Below are positions 10,962 to 24,544 of a stretch of 64,000 bases of DNA, one piece after another. Below the pieces are notes generated by a model. It had not been told where the DNA came from, searched no databases, and was given only the letters and a program-made list of their open reading frames with translations. Positions within the stretch are counted from its first letter, which is position 1. Every line of letters begins with the position of its first letter. A program made the position numbers and the translations under genes. The stretch is from Squalus acanthias. Its lineage: Eukaryota. The stretch lies in assembly GCA_030390025.1 (NCBI GenBank), contig CM059432.1, positions 69,814,001 through 69,878,000 of the forward strand, written 5' to 3'.

Positions 10962-12681
10962 CACTGGGGAAGACACAAAAAACCTCCCAGAAATACGATA
11001 AAACCAAGGGTGTGGCGAGAATGAGGAACGTAAAGAAATGATTATTAGTAAAAAAACAGTACTAGCAAAATTAATGGGACTAAAAGTGGACAAATCCCAA
11101 GGACCGGATGACCTACATCCTAGGGTTTTGAAAGAGGTGGCCATTGGGATAGTGGACGCATTGGTTGTCATCTTCCAAAATTCTATAGATTCTGGAATGG
11201 TTCCTGCAGATTGGAGGATAGCAAATGTAACTCCGCTATTTAAGAAAGGAGGGAGAGAGAAAACGAGGAACTACAGACCTATTAGCCTCACATCAGTAGT
11301 TGGGAAAATGCTGGAATCTATTATAAAGGATGCAATAACTGGGCACTTAGAAACTAATAGTAAGATTGGCCAGAGTCAACATGGATTTATGAAAGGGGAA
11401 TCCTGTTTAACAAACCTATTGGAGTTCTTTGAGGATGTAACTAGTGGAGTAGACAATGGGGAACCGGTAGATGTGGTGTATTTGGATTTTCAGAAGGCCT
11501 TCGATAAGGTCCCACACAAGAGGTTGGTGAACAAAATTAGGGCACATGGAATTGGGGGTAATATACTAGCATGGATTGAGAATTGGTTAACAGACAGAAA
11601 ACAAAGAGTAGGGATAAATGGGTCTTTTTCAGGATGGCAGGCTGTGACTCGTGGGGTACCGCAAGGATCGGTGCTTGGGCCCGAGCTATTCACAATCTAT
11701 ATCAATGATTTGGATGAGGAGACTAAAGGAAAAAATTCCAAATTTGCTGATGATACAAAGCTAGGTGGCAGTGTCAGTTGCGAAGAGGATGTGAAGAGGC
11801 TTCAAGGGGATCTCGACAGGTTCAGTGAGTGGGCGAGAACATGGCTGATGGAATATAATGTGGATAAATGTGAAGTTATCCACTTTGGTAGAAAAAACAT
11901 AAAGGCAGAGTATTTCCTAAATGGTGAAAGATTGGGGAATGCAGATGCTCAAAGGGACCTGGGTGTCCTTGTACATGAGTCACTGAAAGTGAATGTGCAG
12001 GTGCAGCAAGCCATTAGGAAGGCAAATGGTATGCTGGCCTTCATTACAAGAGGATTTGAGTACAGGAGTAAAGAAGTCTTACTCCAATTATATGGGGCCT
12101 TGGTGAGACCACACCTGGAGTACTGTGTACAATTTTGGTCTCCTTACCTAAGGAAGGATATACTTGCCATAGAGGGAGTGCAACAAAGGTTCACGAGATT
12201 GATTCGTGGGATGACAGGACTGTCGTATGAGAAGAGATTGAGTAAACTAGGCCTGTATTCTCTTGAATTCAGAAGAATGAGAGGGGATCTCATTGAAGCA
12301 TACAAAATTATTACAGGGCTTGATAGGGTGGATGCTGGGAGAATGTTTCCCTTGGCTGGGGAGTCTAGAACCAGAGGCCACAGCCTCGGGATAAAGGGTA
12401 GGCCATTCAGGACTGAGATGAGAAGAAATTTCTTCACACAGAGGGTGGTGAATCTTTGGAATTCTTTACCCCAGAGGGCTGTGGAGGCTCAGTCATTCGG
12501 TATATTCAAAACAGAAGTCGATAGATTTCTGACTAGTAAGGGCATCAAGGGATACGGCGATAGGGCCGGTGAATGGAGTTGAGGCAGAAGATCAGCCATG
12601 ATCTCATTGAATGGCAGAGCAGGCTCGAAGGGCCGAATGGCCTACTCCTGCTCCTATTTCTTATGTTCTTATCTTCTTATG
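10962..12681 (+). mobile_element. 5'-truncated CR1 LINE with an open RT frame (11038-12582, 514 aa)
   Basis: RT motifs YLDFQKAFDKVPH, GVPQGSVLGP and FADDTKL; CR1 C-terminus RPHLEYCVQFWSP and RRMRGDLI; TTCTTATG repeat tail at about 12658-12681. Confidence 0.95.
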
Positions 12682-13344
12682 CAAGAAAAAGGTTGCTGGA
12701 AGCTGGTCAGTCTGGAACAGCTTCATCCTGAGATAAAAGTCATCTCAGGCCTCTAAGGCACAAGGGGAAATTTCCCAGCTATACATTGCTCAACCTCATT
12801 GCATTCAGGCATCACCTCATAGAAGTATCAGACTAGCAGCTTGAGCAGGCAAGGTTTCTAGCACAAAAGATAGAAACAGTGCAGATAGGATGAATGGATT
12901 TTCAAGCACTTTTTGGTGAATGTTCTGTAAAGTAAACATGGCCTGACCACATTTCTGTAAATGCTTGCAAACTTTGGGAGTTCGACAATGGCAGGAACAA
13001 TATAGATTTCTGTTGACATTGACGGACTTTGTGGGGATGTGGGGAGAGAACAGATGGGTGTGAAATGACGTTATTTGGAGAGCCAACTTTTATTTAATTG
13101 AAATCATTGCACGGTCTTTTCTTTTCTCTGGATGCTGACTTTCCTGTTCCATGTCCTCTCCTTCCTACACACCCTCCTCAGGTTGTGTGGATAGAGGTGC
13201 CACCCCTCCTCATCTTCATTATAACCCCCTTCAGCTTCTGGATTCGCTGCAATGATTCTGTTGTTGGGCTCCACTAGATGTATCCAGACACTTGTAATGA
13301 GTCTTGTGAATGCCTATAGCCTGTTCTATGACATTTCTTGTACT

Positions 13345-13492
13345 AAATTGAGAGGTCGCACAACACCAGGTTATAGTCCAACAGTTTTATTTTAAATCAC
13401 AAGCTTTCGGAGTTACGACTCCTTCATCGGGTGAAGTGAGGAGATACAGAATCGTCAAAGCATATATAGATCCAACACCGGCATCTCTGCAT
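13345..13492 (-). mobile_element. Penelope-like short element with hammerhead core, family 2
   Basis: 13-bp direct repeat CATTTCTTGTACT at 13332-13344 and 13493-13505. Minus strand TCAC-CCGATGA-A-GGAGT.CGTA.ACTCC-GAAA-GC-TT-GTGA at 13434-13397, followed by AATAAA. Confidence 0.75.
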
Positions 13493-13723
13493 CATTTCTT
13501 GTACTGGCATGGACCTCATTATATCTGCTGTCTTCTTCTGTCTGTGGAAGCCTTACTAGCATCATAAGCATGGCTGCAGGAGATAGCCCTGATTGCCAAT
13601 CAAACATCTTGATATATTGTTCAGAATCACCAAAGCTGGTGTGGTAGATTGTTGCACGACCACTTCCTGGGTATGGGGCATTCACGTGCTTTCCGTGGCG
13701 GATGTGTTCCATCAATGTACATA

Positions 13724-13944
13724 TTGCTGCAGTGCATCTTGTAGATGGTACACACTGCAGTCACGGTACGCCGGTGGTGGAGGGAGTGAATGTTTAAGGT
13801 GGTGGATGGGGTGCCAATCAAGCGGGCTGCTTTGTCCTGGATGATGTCGAGCTTCTTGAGTGTTGTTGGAGCTGCACTCGTCCAGGCAAGTGGAGAGTAT
13901 TTCATCACACTTCTTACTTGTGCCTTGTAGATGGTGGAAAGGCT
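13724..13944 (-). mobile_element. Fragment of the tRNA-headed LINE family; more pieces at about 18795-19130 (-), 19213-19460 (+) and 49645-49702 (-)
   Basis: Peptide YSPLAW..AAPTTLKKLD.IQDKAARLIG is shared with the element at 33378-36654. Confidence 0.85.
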
Positions 13945-16207
13945 AGATTGTGGGTGGTAGAGTTTTGGACAAGTTGGAGTTTATGTGGGGTGGAACTCAG
14001 GAGGCTGACGGCAAGACATTGAGTTGAGGCTGTTGGTGTAAATGAACACTCAGTGGTGATGGGGGTGAGGTAATCCCCATCTCTAATCCCTGGGTGTTGA
14101 AATCTATTATAGCACCCCTGCTGCTACCCTAGTTGAGATCAGCCAATCACATACTGTGAGTGAAACCTGGGACCCTCCTGGCCTGTATGGCTCAGCTGCT
14201 AAACTCATTGAGCTATCTCAGAGCTATAGATATAGGCCCAAAAATTCGTGAGGAAGCCTTCGTGCGAGGGTAAGGCCTCCCCGCGATCTCTCACTGCGCG
14301 TTGGCTTTTTCAGTTCCAGCTCGCACGAACTTGATGTTCTGGACAGCTGCTGTGCTGGGCTTGCGTATCCCACCGGCGTAGTTAATTCGTGCGAGCTGTG
14401 GGATCACGTGATTCAGTTAGAGCCAATGGCAGCACACCATCTTCCATTCATAACTTTCACATAAGTGCTGTGAAAGCTATGAATACTATAGCCCCCCAAA
14501 AGAACCGCTAAACCTCAATTAAATTTTTTTTAAAAACCATCACATTAATAAAATAAGTATAGTTAAATAAATTAACCATTTTAAATAAAAAATTAAATTT
14601 TTGAAGTGTATTTGAGCAATCTGAACTCAGTTTTTAGTGCTTTGGTTCCACAACATGAAACAATGATAATTTGGTAACATTTGCACAAAATTAGCCATCA
14701 CACTCAGAAATGTTGATAAGGATAGCTGATGTGGAAAATGGAAAAAAAACACTTGTAGTAAAGAATGTTCCTTTGAGGGTGGTGTTTAAAAGAAGAATAG
14801 AGACAGTGTTACACAGCATTTGGCTGCACTATATCTAATCTTCCATTAACAATGCCTCAAATGGCAGTAATATGTCTGAGCTTTTGTACTAAACTAACTC
14901 CAGCTCAATAAACATAACAGAATAACAGCCATTCAATTGCCTTGTGAAAATGGTGAAAGCAACACATCAACCATTGTACATATTGTTGTCATTGGAGAGT
15001 TTGAATTCAGGAAATGAAATGCTACTCCTTGAGTGGTTGTATATGCCACTATGGTATCTAAGTGGTCCTTCACTCTGACAGTGAGTCTAAAGGTCTAGAT
15101 TTAGTAGAAAGCCCATGATGAATTGTAGCAGGATTTGGAATCTGAATTGTTTCCATACACTTTCATGAAAATAATTGAATTCAAGTTGTATACAGCAGTT
15201 TTGCCCATGAATCAAGTTAATTCATCAAGTCAGATACATTAATAAAAAGAGAAGACAGTCACACCTACTTCTCTTAAATTTAGTGCTGGGAAGAGAAAAC
15301 AGAATTATAGTTTTATAATACTATTCTGGGTGATGTTGATTATTTATATGTGACATACTGGCCTAGAAATTGACTGCACAGCGCCCGGTTTTCACGTATT
15401 AAACAGCCTCCTAAGCTTCCAATATGGTGGCAGGAAGCACAAGCTTCTCCCAATCCGCCCGCAATATTGGTTTAGGCAATTCCGTTTGGCTTCAAGAGCA
15501 TCTGTTGGAATTATGTAAAGAGCTGAAGAGGATATTTAAATTGGACTCCTGCGCTTCTTACATATTTATCTCCAAGTGCAGGCAAGTACCATGGTCATGG
15601 GGACACCTGGATAACTGTAGAGAAAGCTCATTCAAACTGTTGCCTCAGATAGCCTCTAGGTAAGCCAACAATAACTTTAATGCAATCCATATCTACAGTC
15701 CTGCACCCGAAAACATGCTTCCAGACATGAGTAACCCAAATAATTGTTAATTCTTACACCACAGCAAGCCAAGGATAAACCTGTTTGCAGCCTCCCGCCA
15801 GTTTAAACACCTGCCTGAAAATTGAATTAAGCAAACAAATGGGTGTCCAGGGTGCCCATCAGATTTTCCTCTGCTGGTTGCCCGTTTTACAGGCAAGAAG
15901 TGGGCGGCTGGCAATTGAAAATTCCCCTCAAAGTATCACAAGCTACGACCACCATCCCTTATTACATAAGATATCTCAAACTACCCCAGAAGGAATAAAA
16001 AAGGGTCAGAAATTTGCAATTTCTTGGTGCATTTAATATTAAGGAAAATGAGTAGGGTACTGAATATCGTGGGAGTTGTTTCCTGCTCATATAAATTTAT
16101 GTGTTCCAGAGAGCTCTAGAAAACAAAAAAAATGAATGTTAGAAATTCTAAGAGGGGAAGAAAAAGAGTAATAAATATATAAAAAGGAAATACTCTATTA
16201 TATTATA

Positions 16208-16936
16208 GGCCCAGAAATTCGGGTCGGAGGCTTCCCACGGGTGCAAGCATAGCAGGTGGTGCACCTACATAGCGCGCCTGCCGTTGTGCTGTGGGCCCGT
16301 GTGGGATTCGGATCCTGGGCCTCCTCCAGCTGCTGGTGTGCAGTGCTCGCGTATCCCAGGGGCACAACTAGTTCGCAACGTCCCCTGGGATCACGTGATC
16401 CATGGGGAAGACCTGTCAAATCTATGAATAGAGATCGGCCCCAAAACCTAAGTAAAACTTCAAATAATTTTTTTTAAAAACATCACATTTTTAAAATAAC
16501 TATAAATTACATAAATTAACTATTTTCAACAAAAATTTAAATTTTTGAAAAAATTTATTAAAGTTTTTAACGGGGCTAAAAATAAACTTATCTTTCTTTA
16601 AAGTATTTAAAAATGATAAACCTGTGGAAAAAATGTTTCAATTTTACTTAATTCACCTCTTACCTTGTTAAAAGCAGGCCTTGCGCCTGCTTTTTCCACG
16701 CGCAGCTGCTAGGGACTTACCCGCATGGAGAAACCTGTAAAAAAAAAAGCGGAAGTTCGATGCGTACGCGTTGTCTCTCCCGCGCACGCGGTTGACCCGC
16801 GAACCCCTTCCTTCAAGAGACCGGAAGTTCCGGTTTCCCGTGCATGCGCAGTGCATGCGCGAAACCGGCACTTCCGGTGGCCCTACGCGTGAGTACACAG
16901 CGCGTACTCACCCGTGGGGACCCGAATTTCTGGGCC
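16208..16936. mobile_element. Harbinger-type MITE
   Basis: Perfect 18-bp TIR GGCCCAGAAATTCGGGTC. Inserted in a TA-rich tract with TATA on both sides, so TSD length is ambiguous. A partial related copy lies at about 14235-14605. Confidence 0.85.
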
Positions 16937-17692
16937 TATATGTTAATCCTCTCCCAGTTTTCTAGCATTAACAAATTGCAGAACGTTTTATCTCCACAAT
17001 GATTTATATTTTGTTGCTAACAAATACCTGGTACATACAGGCAAATTGGTTCAAATATTGATTTACTGTTTTGAATATAGCAATCAAGATGACAAACTGA
17101 AATAAGAATCCATAGGATTCATTAATTGTAATCATGCACACACAATCAAAATTGTTCCTCATACATGGCAACCCATAAAGTAGAAATGGCGAATATCAGA
17201 CATTAGCCATTTTACCTTTGGATGATTCACTTGGTTGATTTTTTTATTGAGTGGGAGTTTACCTTTTAGCCTCATCAGCCTGCATTTTATACTGACTAGT
17301 TGACTTGCCATGGTGCCTTTCCACTGCATTTTTACCCAGCAGTAGAAATTAAATTATTTGTATTGATCTCTTTGAGTAGTGAAATATTTCTTGTGGTACA
17401 CAGTTGATTGCATATTATGCAATCGAGCCAATTTTTCAATTTCACACTGCTGGCGGGAGCCTCGCCTTGTAGCGAGGGAATTCAGGAAATTATAGGCACA
17501 TTGCTTTCGATATTCTGTTCAGTAAAATGAATGGATGGAAAATCATGGGGAGTGTACCTTCACTCTCTCAATATGAATGGGTCAGTGAACAAGACTCTCT
17601 GTCGGTAGTGAAAACTCAGAAAATTAACCCAAATGTAACATCTGTTTGACTGGAACTATTTTTCCAAGTGCATCCCCAGCCTCATTCCAGAT

Positions 17693-18140
17693 GAAAGAAA
17701 GAAAGACTGGCATTTATATAGTGCCTTTCATGACACAGCCAATGAATTACTTTTTGAAGTGTAGTCACTGTTTTAATGTGGGAAATGCAGCAGGCAATTT
17801 GCGCACAGCAAGGTCCCACAAACTGCAATGTGATAATGACCAGATAATCTGTTTTTGTTATGTTGGTTGAGGGATAAATATTGGCCAGGACACTGGAGAT
17901 AACTCCCCTGCTCTTCTTTGAAATAGTGCCATGGGATCTTTTATGTCCACCTGAGAGGGCAGACGGGGCCTCAGTTTAGCATCTCATCTGAAAGACAGCA
18001 CCTCCGACAGTGCAGCACTCCCTCAGCACTGCACTGGAGTGTCAGCCTAGATTTATGTGCTCAAGTCCCTGGAGTGGGACTATGAACCCACAACCTTCTG
18101 ACTCAGAGACAAGTGTGCTACCAACTGAGCCACAGCTGAC
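17693..18140 (-). mobile_element. Deu-domain SINE (SacSINE1-like); partial copies at about 40517-40730 (+) and 54235-54410 (-)
   Basis: Minus strand has a tRNA head (TGGCTCAGTTGG A box, GGTTCA B box), then GCACTGTCGGAGGTGCTGTCTTTCAGATGAGA (Deu core as recalled), then a (TTTC)n tail. Confidence 0.8.
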
Positions 18141-18369
18141 ACAACTACCAAAATACATTTTTTCTCTCCTAAACATTTTTTAAATTTTTAAACAGTGCAT
18201 AGGAAAAAAGGAAAATTGGTGCAAAGATGGCCCTCCTGCACATCTGTAAATAGGTAGTTACATAAATAACAACTTTAGAGAAACTTACAGAGAAATATTC
18301 AGAAGCACATCAGAAGCAGGAACAGGCGCTGCGAGAAAGTTAGAAGTTTGAGGAAAAATAAGTGATGTT

Positions 18370-18780
18370 GCAGCTGAAGAAATCAATTTTGAAGAGGCTT
18401 CTGAAGACATAGAGAGATTTAGGAAGGTGTAGAGACTTAGGAAGAGAATTTCAGAGTGGAAGGGTGTAATGGTGGAAGGTCCACCACTGATGGTGCAACA
18501 GAGGGAGGGGAGATCAGAAGCATGAGGGTATGACCTGGAATATAGGACTGGAGGAAGTTGCAGAGATAGGGGGAAGCAGGAGCATGGAAGGATTTGTAAA
18601 TGAAGATGAGGATTTTGAAATCAATGTTCTTGGGGATGGGAAGCTGGCAGAGCTCTGAATGACTGAGTTTTTAAAGGATGAAGTTTGGGAAACCAGTGAA
18701 GAGAGAGTTGAAGAAGCTGAGCCTGAAGGGGATGGAGGCACGAATGAGGACTTCAGCAGTGGTGGGAACAGAAGTAGGTG
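18370..18780 (-). mobile_element. Decayed L2-type LINE 3' fragment
   Basis: Minus strand translates IDFKILIFIYKSFH, like the L2 C-terminal RI.FKIL...YK.LH motif. Confidence 0.55.
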
Positions 18781-20617
18781 AGAAGGTTATGGTGTGCCTT
18801 CTTTTTGAACCACTGCAGTGCATATGGTGAAGGTGCTCCTACAAGACTGTTAAGTAGGGAGTTTGAGAATTTTGACCAGTGACAATGAAGGAACGGCGAT
18901 ATATGTCCAAATCAAAATGGTATGTGACCTGGAGGGGAATGTCAAGGTGATGGTATTCCCGTGCACCTGCTGTCCTTATCTTTCTAGGGGGTGGAGGTAG
19001 CGGGTTTGAGAGGTGCTGCCGAAGAAGCCTTGGCAAATTGTTGCAGTGTACCCTGTAGATTGTACACACGGTACACTGATGGTGGAGGGAGTGAATGTTT
19101 AAGCCAGTGGGTGGGGTGCTGATCAAGGCAGCATTTGACTGTGTGTGGCACCAAGGAACCCTAATAAAACTGAAGCCAGTGGGAAGCGGGGGTGAATCTC
19201 TCCAGTGTTTGGAGTTTTACTTGGCACAAAGGTAGATAGTTGTAATTATTGAAGGCAATCATCTCAGCCCCAGAACATCGCTGCAGGAGTTCCTCAGGCA
19301 GCGTCCGAGGCCCAACCATCGTCAGCTGCTTTATCAATGACCATCCCTCCATCATAAGGTCAGAATTTGAATTGTTTGCTGATAATTGCAGTGTTCAACT
19401 CCATTCGCAATTCCTCAGATAATGAAGCAGTCCATGTCCGCATGCAGCAAGACCTGGACAATGTTTCAGGTTAGGAGAAATGTTAGCTCTCTTTCTCTCG
19501 CCACAGACGCTACACCTGCCGAGTATTTCCAGCTTTTTAAGTGTTTATTTCAGATTTCCAGCATCCGCAGTATTTTATTTTTGTATGGAAGTAAATAAAT
19601 TATTTTTGCTTTCCTGTGTGACCAGAAGGAGCAGGAGAGCTGCTCCAGGCCCCACAAGGAAAGCTTAGGCTTCCCCTGCTGTGATCTTGCCCCGTCCCGA
19701 TCGTCGGGAACCCCGCAAGACAGCTCAGCAGCCAATCCCACCACTTACCTCAGTCGCAGTGGGTGGTCTCTGGGCCAGAGTGGGTGGCCCCACTAAAGTA
19801 CCTATGGATCTTCCCTTGCCGATGGGAAACCCTCAAGGAGCCCGCCCTGCATAAATAATGATCCCCGATCCAGCAGAATCGGTGTAAGGGTAAAATTCAG
19901 GTGAATCGCTTCTACATATTCAACAGTTCTATTACAAAAACTGGACTAACAATTCGGGGCTTTAGCGCCACCCGTTACCGCCAGATTCAGTGGAAAAGGC
20001 GGCAGTGCTGCCGATATCCGCGCTCGTGAAATTTATGCAGATCATGACATCAGTGAGTGTGCAACACTCACTTGATGTCCGATCAACCATTTTCAACTTC
20101 GCCGCTCCACTTACCGGCATGCGTTAAGTGCTGAGCAAGCATTGACATGCAGGAAGGAGGCTCCAGCAGGGATCATCAGCCACAACTTGCAGCTGACGTG
20201 TTTCTGCAGTTTGACTAGCTTTGTACAACTTCCTGCAACTCCAGTAGCTTTATAAATTTCTTACAAAGTCCTAAAGTAACAGGGAGTGTTGGGCCAAGTG
20301 GAGAACACCTTCATTCTTAGTTAAAAACTTCTGCTCACTCCACTTGCTCACAGTCATGGGGGCTCTACTTGCAGACCCCCTCATGCTCGAGTATCTTTGG
20401 GAGAGGAAATGGAGGCAGTGAAGAAGATGAGAAGATGTACGCAGAGGGAGGAGGAGGAGGGCCAGGATGGCTCTGAACAGGAGGCCTTACCTGCCTTACC
20501 CACCTAGCTTCAGAGAGCTATTCTCTTATATCCACTTAAGCAAGGAGCAGTGTATTAGGAGGCTCCGCATCACCAAGGAGGTGGTCACAGAACTCTGCCA
20601 CCTCCTGCAACCAGACC

Positions 20618-22532
20618 TGCAGAGATTATGCCAATTAGTAGCTTATCTCTAGTCTTTCAAATAATCAGGATCGACTGCAAACCAATATGGTGGGTATATT
20701 GTGTTTAATCAGAGTTTAAGATGGAATATAACATGCTAGTTATACAGCAAAAACATACGACCATGACAAGTAGCTGGTACCAGTCCTGATCGGACAGACG
20801 GCTGGCGTGCGTGAACAGTTCTCTGGCTTCCGGCCTCTCTCTCTCTCTCTCTAGGGCTTTCGATGGTGAGTGTGGGATCACTCTCAAAAGAGCGTTCGAC
20901 CAGCCCAACTTCTCTTTGGCTCTCCCCTCCATCGTCTGTGTGGCCAAGTACTCGGGGTGTCACTTTTATTCTCTTTGTCTGAGGCCAAGTTATTGACAAG
21001 ACCATTTAACCTATAGAGGTTCCTCTAAAACCTCATCACCCAATGACACCTCAAGTTCTTTGTCTTGGTTCTTGGAAGAATAACCTTCCGTAAAAGGGGG
21101 TCTCATTACTTCATCCAATTTGTCTTATTGTTTAATCTTTCTGAAGGTTCTTCCTTTGGAATTCGTGTCTTATCTCTCTTGTCTCTATCCTCCCTAGTTT
21201 GGAGTCGGACATGCCATTCTTGGCCATCAGATGTTCGTAACTGCTTGTTATCAGTTATTTATGTTCATGCTGTTTATGCAGCTTTAGCTATGCAAAACTA
21301 ACTATTTCATTATCAGACGATTGTACCATGGAATGAATCATTAAATTCCCAAGGATATCTTCTATTCTATTTTCATACACTGGTTAACTTACGCATTTTA
21401 AAGCAGTTTTGTTAAACAAAGTCAAAATCCTAACTTAGCATTATAATATGGTTATTAGCAGTAATGGAAGAAATATAACGTTGGCCCTTGGTTGTTCAAA
21501 TTAGAGAAACATAAACAAGGTGAAATCTTAACTTGAAAACAAGATTATTTATGACCGTCACACTGCAGAATGCTATAACATCCGCAGTGAATCAAAACAC
21601 AGGCAGATTCTATGGGCTGGATTTTGTCTTGGGGTCGGGTTGGGGTCGTGTAATCCGCATTTCGGGCTGTATTTTAATTGACCCATGGAGTCGGGTTTGG
21701 AGGTGTGTGGGGGGTTAAATTTGCGGGGTCGGGGTTTCCGACCCCATCCCGACTCCATCCCGCCTCCACGCAATTTTGACAAAATCAGTCGCGGGGTTCC
21801 TGACTCCGTCCCGCCTCCAAGAGGCGGGAGAGGCCATTAAAGCCCTTAACAAGCCCTAAATTGGCTCTGTAATGCCATTTTGAAACGTTTTAGCTAGTTT
21901 AACCCTCTTCCGACGTGAAGCACGCCTGGTGTGAAACACTCCAGTGAAACCTGGCGGGAGCACAAGTGGATAGCTGACTATCAGCTGCAGGTCCACTATT
22001 ACAACGGAGTTGTGATGGGTAGTAGTATTAGGTGTGAAAGTCACCTCTGATGCTGCTGCCTTGAATGGCTTCAGAGACTGCATGGCCTTTGCTGTGAGAG
22101 CACTTGGATGCAAAAAAAATCCACTCCCCTCCCCTCTCCTCTCTCTCATATTCATATATATCCAGGTCCACTCACAGCAAAGGCCAGGCAGGTCCTCTCT
22201 CACCAACATCCAGTCAGTCTGTGAGACCAGACAGTCAGCAATGATGACATCATCAGAGGCGACTTTCAGACTGAAACCACTAATTAGTTCATGGCTTCCC
22301 ACATGCTGGAACTCAATTGCCCAATTAAGTGAAAATTGCATCATTCATCCACATTAATCTGGAGTCGGGGGGGGAACACGAAATGCGGATGACACGACCC
22401 CAACCCGACCCCAAGACAAAATCCAGCCCTTTCTGTCTCTAGTTCTAATATCATCATGTAAATACAGCATTACTCGCGTCACAGTTTTATCCGCAAAACC
22501 ATATACATTTTGAACACCCCTGATTTCTAACA
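20618..22532 (-). mobile_element. Putative solo LTR (about 1.1 kb excluding the nested MITE) inserted in the transposase
   Basis: Absent from the sister transposase (31920-31940). Ends are TGCAGAGATT...ATTTCTAACA (TG..CA, imperfect inverted repeat); AATAAA on the minus strand near 20965-20970. No clear TSD. Confidence 0.5.
21614..22429. mobile_element. Harbinger-type MITE with long TIRs, nested in the LTR-like insert
   Basis: 51-bp TIR GGGCTGGATTTTGTCTTGGGGTCGGGTTGGGGTCGTGT(A/C)ATCCGCATTTCG with one mismatch; flanks TAT/TTT. Confidence 0.85.
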
Positions 22533-24544
22533 TCTGAGAGCAGGGCAACCACGGCTCTCCCAGTGGCAGTCAAGGTCACCCTGACATTCATTTTATTTGC
22601 CAGCGGATCCTTCCAGTCTGCAGCAGGAGGCATAGCTAACATCTCACATTTCGCCATCTATCGCTACATCCAGGAGGTCACAGATGCGCTCTACACCAGG
22701 AGAAGGGACAACGTGTTTTACTCTCGGAGCAGAGAGAAGCAGGACTAGCGCGCATGTGGCTTTGCCAGGATAGCGAGCTTCCCCGTGGTGCAGGGCGCCA
22801 TTAACTGCACACACGTGGCTTTGGAGGTGCCGCATAAGAATCCTGAGATCTTCCGTAACAGCAAATGCTAGCACTCACTTAATGACCACGCCTAGTGATT
22901 CCTGATGGTCAATGCCCGCAATCCTAGCAGCAGTCTTGATGCCTTCATCCTGTGTCAGACCGTGCCAGCAATCTTCCAGCCACCACATGAAACTTGAGGG
23001 TGACTGCTCGGAGACAAGGGCTATCCGTTCTGCACCTGGCTCATGACTCCCCTCCGCAACCCCACCACTCGTGCCCAGAACTCATCAAATGAGAGCCATG
23101 CTTCCACCAGGAACATCATCGAGCAGACCATCGGCCTACTGAAGCAATGGTTCCACTGCCCTCCAGTGCTCAGCGGAGTGGCTGTCCTATTTCGTGGTGG
23201 TCTGCTGCATGCTTCACAACTTGGCCATCAAGGGCGCAGACCTTGCCAATACGGATTGCGGGACCACTTCAGGAGGAGGATGAGGGAGAGGAGGAGGAGG
23301 AGGAGGAAGAGGAAGATGAGCAAGAGAAAGAGGACGAGGAGGAAGGGAGGAGGCAGGCAGCCAATCCACCTTCCGGACGGGCTGTCCGTGAATGCCTCAT
23401 TAGACTCCTAGTCCAATGAATGAAAGCCCAGATCCCCATTGCTCAGCACATCCCCATCATACCATCCCTCCGTCATGGAATATCACAACATCCTCCTGGG
23501 CACAAAGCTGAAATGTGAGCCACCACGAAAGATTCCAAACAAGGTTATTAAATTTATCAACAATCAATTTACACATACTATATGAACAAATCACCGTTGT
23601 TCAATTCCTTGGTGTCTGTCGTTCGGGTGACCTTTCCTGATCTAGTGCTCCTACCAAGTGCTCCCCCAGTGGATGCAGCATGGCTGGTGGAAGGCTGCTG
23701 AGTTTCCATGGGGGAAACTTCAGATGGCCCTGCATGTGTTTTCGAGCAGCTCTGGACGTAGAAGGCCCGGCTGTAGACTGCACCACCTCGGCATGAGCGG
23801 CAGCAGTCTAGCCTGGCTGGCTGACAGGCAGCAGCAAGGACAATGGTGGAGTGGCAGTGGTGGAAATAGGAATGCTGTCATCCTGAGAGAAGACAGCAGA
23901 TTCCTGCTCCACTGACTCACTGCCACTCCCCCGGGGTGGCTCTTCGGCATTCCTAGCAATCTATTGGAGCACAGATTGATGGGCTGCTGCAACACCCTGC
24001 AAGCCCCGCTTGACAGTGGTAATCCCAGCCACAATGGTAGCAGTCTGAGCTTGCGTGGCAGCAAGCTGAGACTGCATGAGAGTAGTCTGCACTTCTGCTG
24101 CAGCACTAAGACGTTGGGTCACTTCCGCCTGTGCTGCAATGGCAGCAGCGACATCGCACATCACATCATGTCTGGGTCTGGGTCGACACGGCCTCTTCAG
24201 GAGTTGTTCATCATTTCCAGCCTGGAAATCCTGGGCTCCAAGCTCTGAACAAAGTCCCAGCCAATGTTGGAGGCAGACTCCGCAATGCTCCTTGACATTG
24301 CCAACAGACTATCTGGCAGGCTTGCCATTGCACCTAGCAATTTGGTGTGCATGCCCATCACCCTTCTTCTGAAGGCCGCCCCATCGAGGTCCTCATCAGA
24401 GTCCTGTGCAGCAGAACGCATGCGCAAACTTGCCCTCCGGGGAGCTGGCCCCCGAGCTACCCTTTACCCCAGGCCTTGCTGCAGCCCACTCGTGCCTGGT
24501 GACACACCCTGTGCAGATCCCACTTCTACACCAGCCTCTAAATA

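Larger units (their letters stand above)
20356..23419 (+). pseudogene. HARBI1-like DDE transposase pseudogene (interrupted)
   Basis: Motifs [50 protein letters not shown] and [14 protein letters not shown]; acidic tail; stops and frameshifts. Confidence 0.88.

Noticed and set aside
11490..12437. Recurring antisense ORFs over CR1 RT regions (also 24836-25720, 37595-40180, 61827-62751)
   Set aside because: They are shadow frames of the LINE ORF2; they recur because the LINE does.
13455..13723. 86-aa minus-strand ORF (MEHIRHG...FDWQSGLSP...) that looked like a captured viral or cellular coding fragment in a LINE-Penelope chimera
   Set aside because: The ORF crosses the junction of the TSD-bounded insert (CATTTCTTGTACT at 13332 and 13493), so it joins element sequence to pre-existing intron DNA. 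The alternative TSD (CTAAATTGAG/CTAGATTGTG) is much weaker.
15361..15930. Further possible Harbinger MITEs (here and at about 916, 17430, 41030 and 42421)
   Set aside because: A TIR-like start is visible but I could not match a convincing second TIR or TSD, so boundaries are unsupported.
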